Source: an uncultured archaeon (lineage in GTDB: Archaea > Iainarchaeota > Iainarchaeia > Iainarchaeales > Iainarchaeaceae). From it: a DNA stretch of 32,000 nt. A program made the position numbers and the translations under genes. How positions within the stretch are numbered: the stretch's first letter is position 1; each line of letters opens with the position of its first letter. The stretch spans positions 33,012 through 65,011 of the forward strand of contig CAZNZM010000002.1 of NCBI GenBank assembly GCA_964577555.1, read 5' to 3'. Below the pieces are notes generated by a model. The model was not told the origin of the DNA. It ran no database searches and saw only the letters and a program-made list of their open reading frames with translations. This document shows positions 8,283 through 16,813 of the stretch, one piece after another.

Positions 8283-8667
8283 AATTTTAAAAAGTGCTTT
8301 GCAGGTCGTTTTTTTTATTTTTCTATTGTTTTTTTAGTCATTTTTTTTGTCTATTCTGGTTTTTGTCTCTTTTTTTTAATTTTTTTCTTTTGTGTGTTTT
8401 TTTTCAAGCCGTTTTTTTGTTTTTTTTGGTGAGCCTTTTTATTTTTTGAATTTTGTTTTTTTTGTTTTTTTTTGGCGAGTCTTTTTTTTCTATTTTTTTG
8501 CTTTATTTTTTTTGTTCTTTTCAGTGTTGTGTTTGTTTTTTTATTTGCAATTTGTTTTTTTTGTTAACTGTTTTTTTTTGACAATTTTTATTTTTTTTAA
8601 GTTTTATTTTTTTAGGCTGTTTTTTTTGGATTTCTTTTGGTTGTTTTGGCGATTTTTGGAGTTTGGT
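8283..8667 (+). repeat. T-tract island C (non-coding, T-rich on + strand, shares a near-identical block with island D)
   Basis: The spacer lies between the rio 3' end and the KH gene 5' end, both on the - strand. CAAGCC at 8405-8410, GAGCC at 8431-8435 and GCGAGTC at 8475-8481. Positions 8431-8481 match 19146-19196 at 50 of 51 positions. Confidence 0.8.
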
Positions 8668-9441
8668 TTATTTTTTTTCTATTTCTTTTTTTCTTTGTTT
8701 TATGTCTGAGTACATTTTTTCGTAGTTGGTTTTAACTCCTTTTTTTGCAAAGTATGTTGACATGTTTAGTATGTCTCTTTCAAAGAATTCTTTGCTTTTT
8801 GGGTGTGAGGTTATGACTGCTTGTGCAAAATCTATGAACCATAATTTTTTTTCTTTGACGAGTATGTTGTATTCTGAAAGGTCGGAGTGTATCAGGCCAG
8901 CCATGTAGTATTTTACTATGAAATTTATTGTTTGTTCGTAGTAGTTTTCAAGTTCTTTTGGAGTTGGGTTTGTTTCTTTGAGCCTTGGTGCTGGTGTTGA
9001 ATTTTTTCCGATGAATTCCATTACTACTATGTTGTTTTTGAATGCTAGTGGCAGCGGGACGTTGAGTTTTGCGTGGGTTGCTTCAAGGAGGTTTTTGAAT
9101 TCTTTTTTTGCCCATGAGTTTATTAGGTTTCTTATGTCTGTTTTGATTTTTCCGAATCTGTGGTCTCCTGCAATGTATTCGTTCATTCGTTTGAAATTTG
9201 TTGTTTCTTTTTTGTATATTTTGACTGCTCTTGTTCTGCCAGCCAAGTCTGTTGCGGCAAATACGTGTGCTTCTTTTCCTGTGCTTATAATGTGTTCAAG
9301 CACGTCAAAGTGTCCTTTTTGTGCTAGGTCATGTATTGTGTCAAGTGTTTGTTTGTCAAATACTTTTGCAAATGTTTTTCTATCTGATTCTTTTTTGAAT
9401 CTTTTTTCTAAAATCGGGTTGTCTTCGTATTCTATTTCCAT
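8668..9441 (-). CDS. rio1: RIO-type serine/threonine protein kinase (Rio1-like)
   Basis: 257-aa ORF with RIO signatures ISTGKEAHVF (STGKEA), AVKIYK, LIHSDLSEYNIL (HxDLSEYN) and FIDFAQAV (IDxxQ). Confidence 0.9.
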   Translation of the reverse strand: MEIEYEDNPILEKRFKKESDRKTFAKVFDKQTLDTIHDLAQKGHFDVLEHIISTGKEAHVFAATDLAGRTRAVKIYKKETTNFKRMNEYIAGDHRFGKIKTDIRNLINSWAKKEFKNLLEATHAKLNVPLPLAFKNNIVVMEFIGKNSTPAPRLKETNPTPKELENYYEQTINFIVKYYMAGLIHSDLSEYNILVKEKKLWFIDFAQAVITSHPKSKEFFERDILNMSTYFAKKGVKTNYEKMYSDIKQRKKEIEKK

Positions 9442-9488
9442 GTTTATATTTGTTTTGGGATTTGATTAAAATTAGTACTATAGGTGGT

Positions 9489-9812
9489 TTATGTTTGGAA
9501 TTTGTTTAAGTAGCCGTTTTTTTTGAGGTGTTCTACTTGTGTGCCTATGTATCTCCAAACCACGTCCGCTTTTGATGGTTGGAAGTCCCATAATTTTATT
9601 ATGACAATGTCTCTTTCTCTCAGCCATGTTTTCTTTTTCATTCTTCCAGGTATTCTGCATATTCTTTCTTTTCCGTCTTCGCATAGTATTTTGACTTGGT
9701 TGGAGCCGTGGAGTTGTATTACTTGTCCGAACATTTCCAGTTTGTCTTTTTTTGGCATAACTATTTTTCTTAAATGTTCTTCTTGGATTTCTTGTTCGTT
9801 TTCTTCTGTCAC
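9489..9812 (-). CDS. eif1a: Translation initiation factor aIF-1A
   Basis: 107-aa ORF. The S1/OB core is GQVIQLHGSNQVKILCEDGKERICRIPGRMKKKTWLRERDIVIIKLWDFQPSKADVVWRY. Confidence 0.92.
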   Translation of the reverse strand: MTEENEQEIQEEHLRKIVMPKKDKLEMFGQVIQLHGSNQVKILCEDGKERICRIPGRMKKKTWLRERDIVIIKLWDFQPSKADVVWRYIGTQVEHLKKNGYLNKFQT

Positions 9813-9814
9813 TT

Positions 9815-10105
9815 TTACACCTTGATTATAATTGCGTGTTCTATTCCGCAGATTTTTATTATCTCTTTTTCGTTTATTAAACCTTCTTTGATGGCTGTTT
9901 TTATTGGTTCTTTGCCGAACAAGTTTATGCTTGTGGCTTCTTTCATGAGTTGTGCGAGTTTTTTGTGGTTTGTTTTTTCTCCTTTATAGAATTCTTCGGA
10001 AATTTGTATGTCGTATTTTTCATCTTTGAAATTTTTTCCAATAAGATTTTCTTCGCAAGCCGCGAGTATTGTTTCGTTTCCCATTTGGTGTATTTTGTAG
10101 TACAA
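9815..10105 (-). CDS. Small conserved archaeal protein, DUF424-like
   Basis: 96-aa ORF packed between aIF-2beta (4-nt gap) and aIF-1A (2-nt gap). The pattern ILAACEENLIGK...ISEEFYKGE resembles the DUF424/COG2412 family. This assignment is from memory of the family pattern. Confidence 0.5.
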   Translation of the reverse strand: MYYKIHQMGNETILAACEENLIGKNFKDEKYDIQISEEFYKGEKTNHKKLAQLMKEATSINLFGKEPIKTAIKEGLINEKEIIKICGIEHAIIIKV

Positions 10106-10109
10106 TATT

Positions 10110-10517
10110 TCACCCTAGTTTTTTGAGCGGGCTTATTGCGCCGCATGCTGTGCATTTCATTACTTTTACCCCGCTCTTGTCAATTATTTGGGTATCTGGC
10201 TTGCCACAAGCGTGGCACAGGACGTATTCTTTTAAGTAGCTTGCAAAGAGTTTTGTTATTGTGTCTTGGTAGAATTTGCCGCTTAATATGAGTTTTCCGT
10301 CTTCTATTGTGCCTGCTGTTGCGGTTTCTTTTGTTAGATATTTGTAAAATTGTTTTTCATCTCTTGAAATTGTTTTCATTGCTTGGCTGAAGTTTTTTAT
10401 TATTGTTTTTTTGCCTTCTATTGTGCTTTGCATTGTTGGTAATTCGAATCTGTCTTTTGAAACGGTTTTTTCAGGCAGGCTCATATAAAGCCTTTTGAGC
10501 ATAGAGTCATAATCCAT
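10110..10517 (-). CDS. eif2b: Translation initiation factor aIF-2 beta subunit
   Basis: 135-aa ORF with the C-terminal C4 zinc ribbon VLCHACGKPDT...MKCTACGA. The N-terminal MDYDSMLKRLYMSLPE is typical of aIF2-beta. Confidence 0.9.
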   Translation of the reverse strand: MDYDSMLKRLYMSLPEKTVSKDRFELPTMQSTIEGKKTIIKNFSQAMKTISRDEKQFYKYLTKETATAGTIEDGKLILSGKFYQDTITKLFASYLKEYVLCHACGKPDTQIIDKSGVKVMKCTACGAISPLKKLG

Positions 10518-10593
10518 GCTAATTTAGTGTTGAAATAGGCTTTTAAATAATCCTTGGGTTTGGTTTTGGAATTGTTTTTGGTTTTATTGTTGT

Positions 10594-10962
10594 TTAAGGT
10601 GATAATTCCAACTTATATGTTGCCAAAGTTAGCAATGAATTGCTGTGTCTGACAATAAGGTACCAGGTATTATCTCTTTCTGCAATTTGTACTTGTATAA
10701 AAGGTTTTTCTTGAAATTGTTTTTTTAAATTAGTTGGAATGGTAAAATTTATCTGCTTTCCTTTTGCATTTGTAAAAACTTTTCCTAAATCTAAAGTAGC
10801 AATTACTCCATTAGTTATTACTCTAATGCCATCTACTACCTTGTTTTCTGGTTTTATTCCTCTTAATACTACTATTGGCGCCGGTTTTATATTTGGCATT
10901 TTGTGTTTAGGTCCAGGTTTAGGCTCTCTGCCTCGTCTTCTTATTCTTAATATATTTCGCAT
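10594..10962 (-). CDS. Hypothetical protein with a basic N-terminus, no family recognised
   Basis: 122-aa ORF. On the - strand, TTTATATT (10986-10993) lies about 24 nt upstream of the ATG at 10962, consistent with a leaderless transcript. An internal ATG at 10899 is an alternative start. Confidence 0.45.
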   Translation of the reverse strand: MRNILRIRRRGREPKPGPKHKMPNIKPAPIVVLRGIKPENKVVDGIRVITNGVIATLDLGKVFTNAKGKQINFTIPTNLKKQFQEKPFIQVQIAERDNTWYLIVRHSNSLLTLATYKLELSP

Positions 10963-11224
10963 TAATAAGGCATATCATTGTTTCTAATATAAATAGCTTT
11001 ACTTTTTGTTGGTTGTGTAGAAATCTTGTTTGCTTTTTAAGCAAGTTTCGCTTATTCTTTTTGATTTTTCAAAACAAAAGCAAGTTAATTTTTCTTATCT
11101 TATCTGGTTTATAAGTTCCAAAAATTAATTAGTTTGCATTAAGTAAATTATCTGTGTATTGATATAGAATAAAAGTGGTGCTTTTAATTAATGGTAATTG
11201 CACTGGCATAGACGCTTCCCAGCG

Positions 11225-11232
11225 TTTATATT
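11225..11232 (+). promoter_or_regulatory. Archaeal TATA-box candidate upstream of mcm
   Basis: TTTATATT lies 32 nt upstream of the ATG at 11264. GGTGGGGG (11252-11259) could act as a Shine-Dalgarno sequence. Confidence 0.45.
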
Positions 11233-11263
11233 GTGTTTTAAGAATAAACTGTGGTGGGGGAAA

Positions 11264-13378
11264 ATGTACGGGGAAGCAGAGAACAAGAAAGTTTCGTTGG
11301 ATGAAAATCCGCTTGTTGAGAAATTTGGCGAGTTTTTAAGGCATAAATGTTCTAAGGAAATTGAGAAGCTTGCTCAAAAGTATCCTGAGAAGAGGAGTCT
11401 TTTGGTTGATTTTAAGGAGCTTGAGCGTTTTGATTTTGAGCTTGCAGATGAGTTGCTTGTAAATCCTGACGAGTCGATGGAAGCGATTTCAGAAGCGATA
11501 AGCCAAATTGAATTGCCTTTGCTTGATGAAAAAAAATTCAAGCCGCATGTAAGGTTTTACAATATTCCTGCTGAAAAAAGTCCCATACTTAGAAAACTTA
11601 GTGCTGAGCATATTGGCAAGCTTATTTCTGTTGAGGGTGTTGTAAGGCAAGTTACTGAAGTGCTTCCTAAGTTGAAGTATGCTTTGTGGCGATGCACTAG
11701 GTGTGATGCAACTTATAAGATTCCGCAATCAAAGAATTATTCAAGGGCTCCTAATTATTGTGCTGAATGTAAGCAGAAGGCGTTTGAGTTGATTGAAGAG
11801 AAAAGCGAGTTTATTGATTATCAAAAAATTCAGATTCAAGAGCCTCTTGAGTATTTGAAGGGCAATCAGCAGGCTACTAATCTTGATATTTATGTGAGTG
11901 ATGATTTGGTGAATAAAGCAAGTCCTGGTGACAGGGTAAAAATAACCGGGGTGCTTAGGCTTGTTCCTCCGAAAGAGAAGAAGACTGTTTATGGAAGGTA
12001 TTTGGAGGCTGTGTATATTGAAGAAACTGCGAAGGAGTTTGAAGAAGTTGAAATTACTAAGGAAGAGGAAGAGGAAATAAGGAAGCTTGCCGCGAATGAA
12101 AATATTTATGAAATGTTGATTCAAAGCATTGCGCCTCATATTTATGGGCATGAAATAATGAAAGAGGCTATTGCGTTGCAGTTGTTTGGCGGGGTTAAGA
12201 AGGTTTTGCCAAATGATCAATTTGTTAGGGGTAATATTCATGTTTTGCTTGTTGGTGATCCTGGAATGGCGAAGTCTGCTGTTTTGAAAGCAACTAATAG
12301 TATTGCTCCTAAATCAATATATATTGCTGGTAAGACTTCAAGTGGTGCTGGTATTTCTGCTACTGCTGTAAAGGACGAGTTTGGTGAAGGTGGTTGGACT
12401 TTGAAGGCTGGTGCGCTTGTGCTTGCTTCTGGTGGCATGGCGATGATTGACGAGTTTGATAAAATGGATTCTGAGGATAGGAGTGCTATGCATGAAAGTA
12501 TGGAGCAACAAACCATAAGCGTTGCGAAAGCTGGTATTGTAACAAAATTTAGAACCGAGACTTCCATATTGGCTGCTGCTAATCCTAAATATTCCAGGTT
12601 TGACCCTTATAGGCCGTTTATTGAACAAATTGATTTGCCTGCGTCTCTCATAAGCAGGTTTGATTTGTTTTTTATGATTAGGGACATTCTTGACAGGACA
12701 AAGGATGCTGAAATAGCTGGGCATATACTTAGGACTCATAAGGCTGGGGAAATGATGTTGCAGTTGTCAAAGAAGGGTGTTCAGAGCAAATCTGAAGAGC
12801 TTGAACAAATAAAAGAGCAAATCACTCCAAGGATTTCAGGGGAGATTCTTAAAAAATATATTTCTTATGCCAGGCAGAATGTTTTTCCGATTTTGAGTGA
12901 TGAATCTCTTAAAGAGCTTATGGAGTTTTATGTTGGTTTGAGGGATCAGGGTAGAAAAGAAGGTTCTTATAGTGCTACGCATAGGCAACTTGAAGGTCTT
13001 ATAAGGCTTTCTGAAGCCAGTGCGAGAGTCAGGTTATCTGATGTTGTTGAAAGGCAGGACGTGGAGCGTGCAATAAGGTTGGTTAGGGCTTCGTTGCAAG
13101 ATCTTGTTACTGATCCTGAAACTGGAAAAATAGACATTGATATAATCACTGCTGGGCATACTCATACTACTCTTTCAAATTTGAAGAAGATATTTGATAT
13201 AATAAAGGAGAAGTGTCAGACTAATGACATGGTGTCAATAGAGGAAATAATTGCTGAGGGACAGGCTCAAGGCATTGATGCAAACAAGGTAAGGGATTTG
13301 ATAGAAAAGTTGCAAAAGAAAGGTGAAATTTATATGCCTAGGAATGGTTATTATAAAGCTAAAGGCGAGTTTAATTAA
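11264..13378 (+). CDS. mcm: Minichromosome maintenance (MCM) replicative helicase
   Basis: 704 aa from the ATG at 11264. It has a C4 zinc finger (CTRCDATY...CAECKQ), Walker A GDPGMAKS, Walker B MIDEFDKM, the arginine-finger SRFDL and a C-terminal winged-helix-like tail. No intein-sized insertion is present. Confidence 0.95.
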   Translation: MYGEAENKKVSLDENPLVEKFGEFLRHKCSKEIEKLAQKYPEKRSLLVDFKELERFDFELADELLVNPDESMEAISEAISQIELPLLDEKKFKPHVRFYNIPAEKSPILRKLSAEHIGKLISVEGVVRQVTEVLPKLKYALWRCTRCDATYKIPQSKNYSRAPNYCAECKQKAFELIEEKSEFIDYQKIQIQEPLEYLKGNQQATNLDIYVSDDLVNKASPGDRVKITGVLRLVPPKEKKTVYGRYLEAVYIEETAKEFEEVEITKEEEEEIRKLAANENIYEMLIQSIAPHIYGHEIMKEAIALQLFGGVKKVLPNDQFVRGNIHVLLVGDPGMAKSAVLKATNSIAPKSIYIAGKTSSGAGISATAVKDEFGEGGWTLKAGALVLASGGMAMIDEFDKMDSEDRSAMHESMEQQTISVAKAGIVTKFRTETSILAAANPKYSRFDPYRPFIEQIDLPASLISRFDLFFMIRDILDRTKDAEIAGHILRTHKAGEMMLQLSKKGVQSKSEELEQIKEQITPRISGEILKKYISYARQNVFPILSDESLKELMEFYVGLRDQGRKEGSYSATHRQLEGLIRLSEASARVRLSDVVERQDVERAIRLVRASLQDLVTDPETGKIDIDIITAGHTHTTLSNLKKIFDIIKEKCQTNDMVSIEEIIAEGQAQGIDANKVRDLIEKLQKKGEIYMPRNGYYKAKGEFN

Positions 13379-13379
13379 C

Positions 13380-13389
13380 TTTTTTTTGA
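13380..13389 (+). terminator. Oligo-T tract directly after the mcm stop
   Basis: CTTTTTTTTG (T8) begins 2 nt after the TAA at 13376-13378. Archaeal RNA polymerase terminates at oligo-T. Confidence 0.45.
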
Positions 13390-13474
13390 AGTTATTTAAT
13401 TTTTTAAAACCATTTCATCAGAATCATAGAATTTGGTTAAATAGTAATAAATATGGCATATTCTAATTAGTTTT

Positions 13475-14419
13475 ATGCAATTATTTTCTGTTTTGCAAAT
13501 AATAATCGGTTTTATAGTTTTGGCTAAAGCTTCAGAGTTTGCAATTCATAGGGCTTCTGCAATATCTCGCCATTTCGGGCTTTCTGAATATATGGTTGGT
13601 TTTATAGCAGTTGGCTTGCTTTCCGTTTTGCCTGAATTGGGTATAAGCATTATGTCGGCAGTTGAGGGCGAATCGCAATTTGGTTTGGGTGTATTATTAG
13701 GAAGCAATATAGCTGATTTAACTTTGGTGGTTGGAATTGTCGCGCTTTTTGCAGGACAAATAAAGATGAGGGATAAGTTGATAAAGAAAGCCGACAAGTT
13801 GCTTTTGTCTATTTCAATGCCTACTCTTTTGTTGTTGGATGGTGAATTATCGGCTTTTGACGGTTGCATTTTGTTGTTTTGTTTTGTTCTTTATGCTCAT
13901 GGAATAATAACTTCGGAGCATCCGTTGAATAAGCAAGTATTTAGAGTTAGGGTTGATGTTTTGTGGGAACTTGTAATGTTGTTTGCTGCTATAATAATAG
14001 TTCTTGTTTCAGGTCATTTTATAACAGATGGTGCAAAAGTATTGAGTTTGAATCTTGGCCTTCCTTTATTTGTTATTGGCATTGTTTTGGCAATAGGAAC
14101 TTGCGCTCCTGAATTAATTTTTTCAATAAACGCTGCAAGAAAAAACAAGTTGGAACTTGGTTTTGGCGACATAATAGGAAACGTGTTTGCCGATGCAACT
14201 GCAGTAATAGGCATTATATCAATAATTTCTCCGATAAGGCCCAATCCTCCTGAAATGGCAATATCCAGTGGCATATTCATGTCGTTAAGTCTTGCAATTT
14301 TAATATTTATTTTCAATCAAAAAGGCAGCTTAGGAAAAGCTACAGGCGTGGTTTTGATTATTATTTACATAATTTTTCTGGTTGCGCAATTCTTTATTGA
14401 TGCATTGTTGCTTTATTAA
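13475..14419 (+). CDS. Ca2+/cation antiporter, CaCA family (YrbG-like)
   Basis: 314-aa polytopic membrane ORF with two alpha-repeat signatures, GLGVLLGSNIADLTLVVG and GDIIGNVFADATAVIG. Confidence 0.8.
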   Translation: MQLFSVLQIIIGFIVLAKASEFAIHRASAISRHFGLSEYMVGFIAVGLLSVLPELGISIMSAVEGESQFGLGVLLGSNIADLTLVVGIVALFAGQIKMRDKLIKKADKLLLSISMPTLLLLDGELSAFDGCILLFCFVLYAHGIITSEHPLNKQVFRVRVDVLWELVMLFAAIIIVLVSGHFITDGAKVLSLNLGLPLFVIGIVLAIGTCAPELIFSINAARKNKLELGFGDIIGNVFADATAVIGIISIISPIRPNPPEMAISSGIFMSLSLAILIFIFNQKGSLGKATGVVLIIIYIIFLVAQFFIDALLLY

Positions 14420-14426
14420 GAAATTT

Positions 14427-16613
14427 TTAGAGTATTTTGATTTTTTTTGCTTTGCCGCCGCAATATTTTGTTATGTTCTCAAAAATTTTTTCAAGAGCAG
14501 AATTAATTTCTTCTTGTGAAGTATTTTCATTGCCTTGGACATAAATTAAAATATTTTTTGTTGAGTTTGTAACTTTTGTTTGTTCGCATTGTTTTATGTC
14601 CATTCTGCATAAAACGATTTTGTTATCTACGAATATGTATTCTCCTTTTGGTATACTGCTTTTTTCAGTGGAGCCCATTGGTGTAAAATCTTCATTGCCA
14701 TTAGAGATTGTTGCCTTGATGTTGCCTGAAATTTTGTCAAGGTCATGGCATCCTACAACAAGCCCTTTGGTTAGCGATACAATGTTATAAGAATCTACTG
14801 CGGTATTGATGCTTGGCAGTTTTCCAGCCGTACTTACTATTTCAACCAGATTGGAAATGGCGTTTTTTGTATTTTTTACTCCGAGTTTGTTGTAAATTTC
14901 GTAGTATCCTTTTACTTGTTTAGAATTAATGGTTTTGGATAAATCAAGCTTTTTGGTTTCCATAGATATTTTTTTTTCAAGCCCTTCGTGTTTCTTTTTG
15001 ATTGAAACTCCTTCAACTATTCCCGCGGATATTTTTAATCCAATGTTTTTTAAGTCTCTTGAAATGGAAAAAGAAATGTCTTTTGTTTGAGTTTCCTTTT
15101 TTTCTTCATCAATTTTCTTGAATAGTATTTCTTTTTTTCCGAGTTTTGTTCCGGGTTTGAGCAAATTAAATTTTGCTTCAAAAAACGCGCCTTTACTAGG
15201 AGTGTTGCAATTCAATTGTTTTAATATTTTTTCAGAAGTTGAAGGAATGAATGGCCATAATAGTATTGATATTATTCTGATGGAATCAAGTACCGAATAG
15301 AGTGTTTTTTCAGCTTCTTTTCCTTCAAGTTTCCACGGTTCTGTGTCGTTTATGTATTTATTGCATTCCGCGATGAATGAGAATATTTCTGCAAGAGAAT
15401 TATGTGTTTCAAGTTTTTCCATGCATGAAGAAATTTTTTCCAAATCAAGTTTTGATGAGAGCCTTTCATCGGTTTTTGCATCAGGAACAATTGAATCAAG
15501 TTTTTTTTCCGAGAGTGAAATTACTCGGTAAACCAAATTTCCTAGCGAATCAGCCAGTTCGTTGTTATGTCTTTCAATCAAAGCATTAATTGAAAAATTT
15601 CCGTCTTCTCCAAGCGGGATTTCTCGGAGCAAATAATATCTTACTGCATCAACTCCGTAATTTGAACTTATTTCTATTGGGTCAATCATTTTTCCTGAGC
15701 TTTTTGAAAGTTTTTCCCCTGAAGCGGTGTTTATGAATCCGTGTACGAATACGCGCTTTGGAGGTTCTATGTTCATTGCAAAAAGCATGCATGGCCAAAT
15801 TACGCTGTGAAACCAAAGAATGTCTTTGCCAATAACATGGATGTCTGCTGGCCAGAACTTGTCAAATTGTTTTGAAGGATAATCAATGCCTGAAATATAA
15901 TTAAGTAATGCGTCAAACCATACATAAATAACGTGTCTTTTGTCGTGTTTTAACGGTATTCCCCATGAAAAACTTGTTCTTGAAACGCTTAAGTCTTTAA
16001 GCCCTTCTTTAATCCTGTTAATTATTTCTTGCCTTCGCCTCACGGGAAAAATAAATTCCGGGTTTTTTTCGAAATAGTCCAAAAGTTTTTGTTGATACTT
16101 TCCCATTCTGAAAAAATAACTTTCTTCGCTTAAAGGTTCCGGCTTTTTTTTGTGTATTGGGCATAACCCGTCAATTAAATCTTTTTCAAGGTAGAATGCT
16201 TCGCATCCTGTGCAATAAAGTCCTTCGTATTTTCCCAAATAAATGTCTCCTTTGTCCATGACTCTTTGAAAAAGCATTTGGCATATTTCTTCGTGCCCTT
16301 TTTCAGTCGTCCTTATGAATCTGTCGTTTGAAATGTTCCAAGCTAAGCAAAGTGATTTAAAGTGTTCAACTTGCAAATCAACGAATTCTTTTGGCTTCAG
16401 GCCTGATTTCATTGCGGCTTGTTCAATTTTTTTTCCGTGTTCGTCTGTGCCTGTCAGAAAAAATACTTCTTCTCCTTTGAGCCTGTGCCATCTTGCCAAG
16501 CAATCCGCAATTACTTTTTCGTAGGCGTGCCCTAAATGGGGTTTTGAATTTGGGTAGTCAATTGCTGTTGTAATATAAAATTTTTCCGGCTTGGGTTTTT
16601 TGGGATTTTTCAT
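14427..16613 (-). CDS. metG: Methionine--tRNA ligase fused to a C-terminal B3/B4-type domain
   Basis: 728-aa ORF with HIGH motif PHLGHAY, zinc knuckles CTGCEAF...CPIH, and KMSKS motif KLSKSSG. The last ~215 aa (ISFSISRDL...KLPSINTAVDSYNIVSL...GCHDLDKISGNI...GEYIFVDNKIVLCRMDIKQCEQTKVT) follow the pattern of free-standing B3/B4 (PheRS-beta-like, COG3382) proteins. Confidence 0.9.
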   Translation of the reverse strand: MKNPKKPKPEKFYITTAIDYPNSKPHLGHAYEKVIADCLARWHRLKGEEVFFLTGTDEHGKKIEQAAMKSGLKPKEFVDLQVEHFKSLCLAWNISNDRFIRTTEKGHEEICQMLFQRVMDKGDIYLGKYEGLYCTGCEAFYLEKDLIDGLCPIHKKKPEPLSEESYFFRMGKYQQKLLDYFEKNPEFIFPVRRRQEIINRIKEGLKDLSVSRTSFSWGIPLKHDKRHVIYVWFDALLNYISGIDYPSKQFDKFWPADIHVIGKDILWFHSVIWPCMLFAMNIEPPKRVFVHGFINTASGEKLSKSSGKMIDPIEISSNYGVDAVRYYLLREIPLGEDGNFSINALIERHNNELADSLGNLVYRVISLSEKKLDSIVPDAKTDERLSSKLDLEKISSCMEKLETHNSLAEIFSFIAECNKYINDTEPWKLEGKEAEKTLYSVLDSIRIISILLWPFIPSTSEKILKQLNCNTPSKGAFFEAKFNLLKPGTKLGKKEILFKKIDEEKKETQTKDISFSISRDLKNIGLKISAGIVEGVSIKKKHEGLEKKISMETKKLDLSKTINSKQVKGYYEIYNKLGVKNTKNAISNLVEIVSTAGKLPSINTAVDSYNIVSLTKGLVVGCHDLDKISGNIKATISNGNEDFTPMGSTEKSSIPKGEYIFVDNKIVLCRMDIKQCEQTKVTNSTKNILIYVQGNENTSQEEINSALEKIFENITKYCGGKAKKIKIL

Positions 16614-16813
16614 AAAGAAAAATTCAAGGAAATTTAATTTAAATATGATTGGAAAGCAAAAAAATTCCTAAATTAATACTTTTTGCCAGATAATGGCTTG
16701 CGTGAAAATGTTATCTTTTTTTTGCGAGCAGTTTTTCAATCAAGTATTTTATTTTTTTGTACGACGTTGTTAAATAATTATTTTTTATTTAGTTGTGTAT
16801 TTGAGTTATATTA

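Noticed and set aside
8283-8667. Helically phased T/A-tracts (intrinsic DNA bending) in island C
   Set aside because: I listed the starts of T-runs of at least 5 nt by hand. Successive spacings range from 6 to 30 nt (for example 9, 11, 12, 19, 11, 10, 16, 15, 8, 16), with no consistent 10-11 nt phase. Curvature is therefore not supported by the sequence alone, and a Fourier analysis would be needed to revisit it.
11198-11263. N-terminal extension of MCM from the track ORF start at 11198
   Set aside because: The extension (MHWHRRFPAFILCFKNKLWWGK) would overlap the TATA-like box at 11225-11232 and a Shine-Dalgarno-like GGTGGGGG. The ATG at 11264 gives a normal MCM N-terminus.
10963-11263. Replication origin next to mcm
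   Set aside because: I saw only one weak ORB-like half site (GTTCCA near 11115) and a small TTGCTT-TTT-AAGCAA hairpin (about 11030-11044). There are no repeated origin-recognition boxes and no orc1/cdc6 gene, so the evidence is insufficient.
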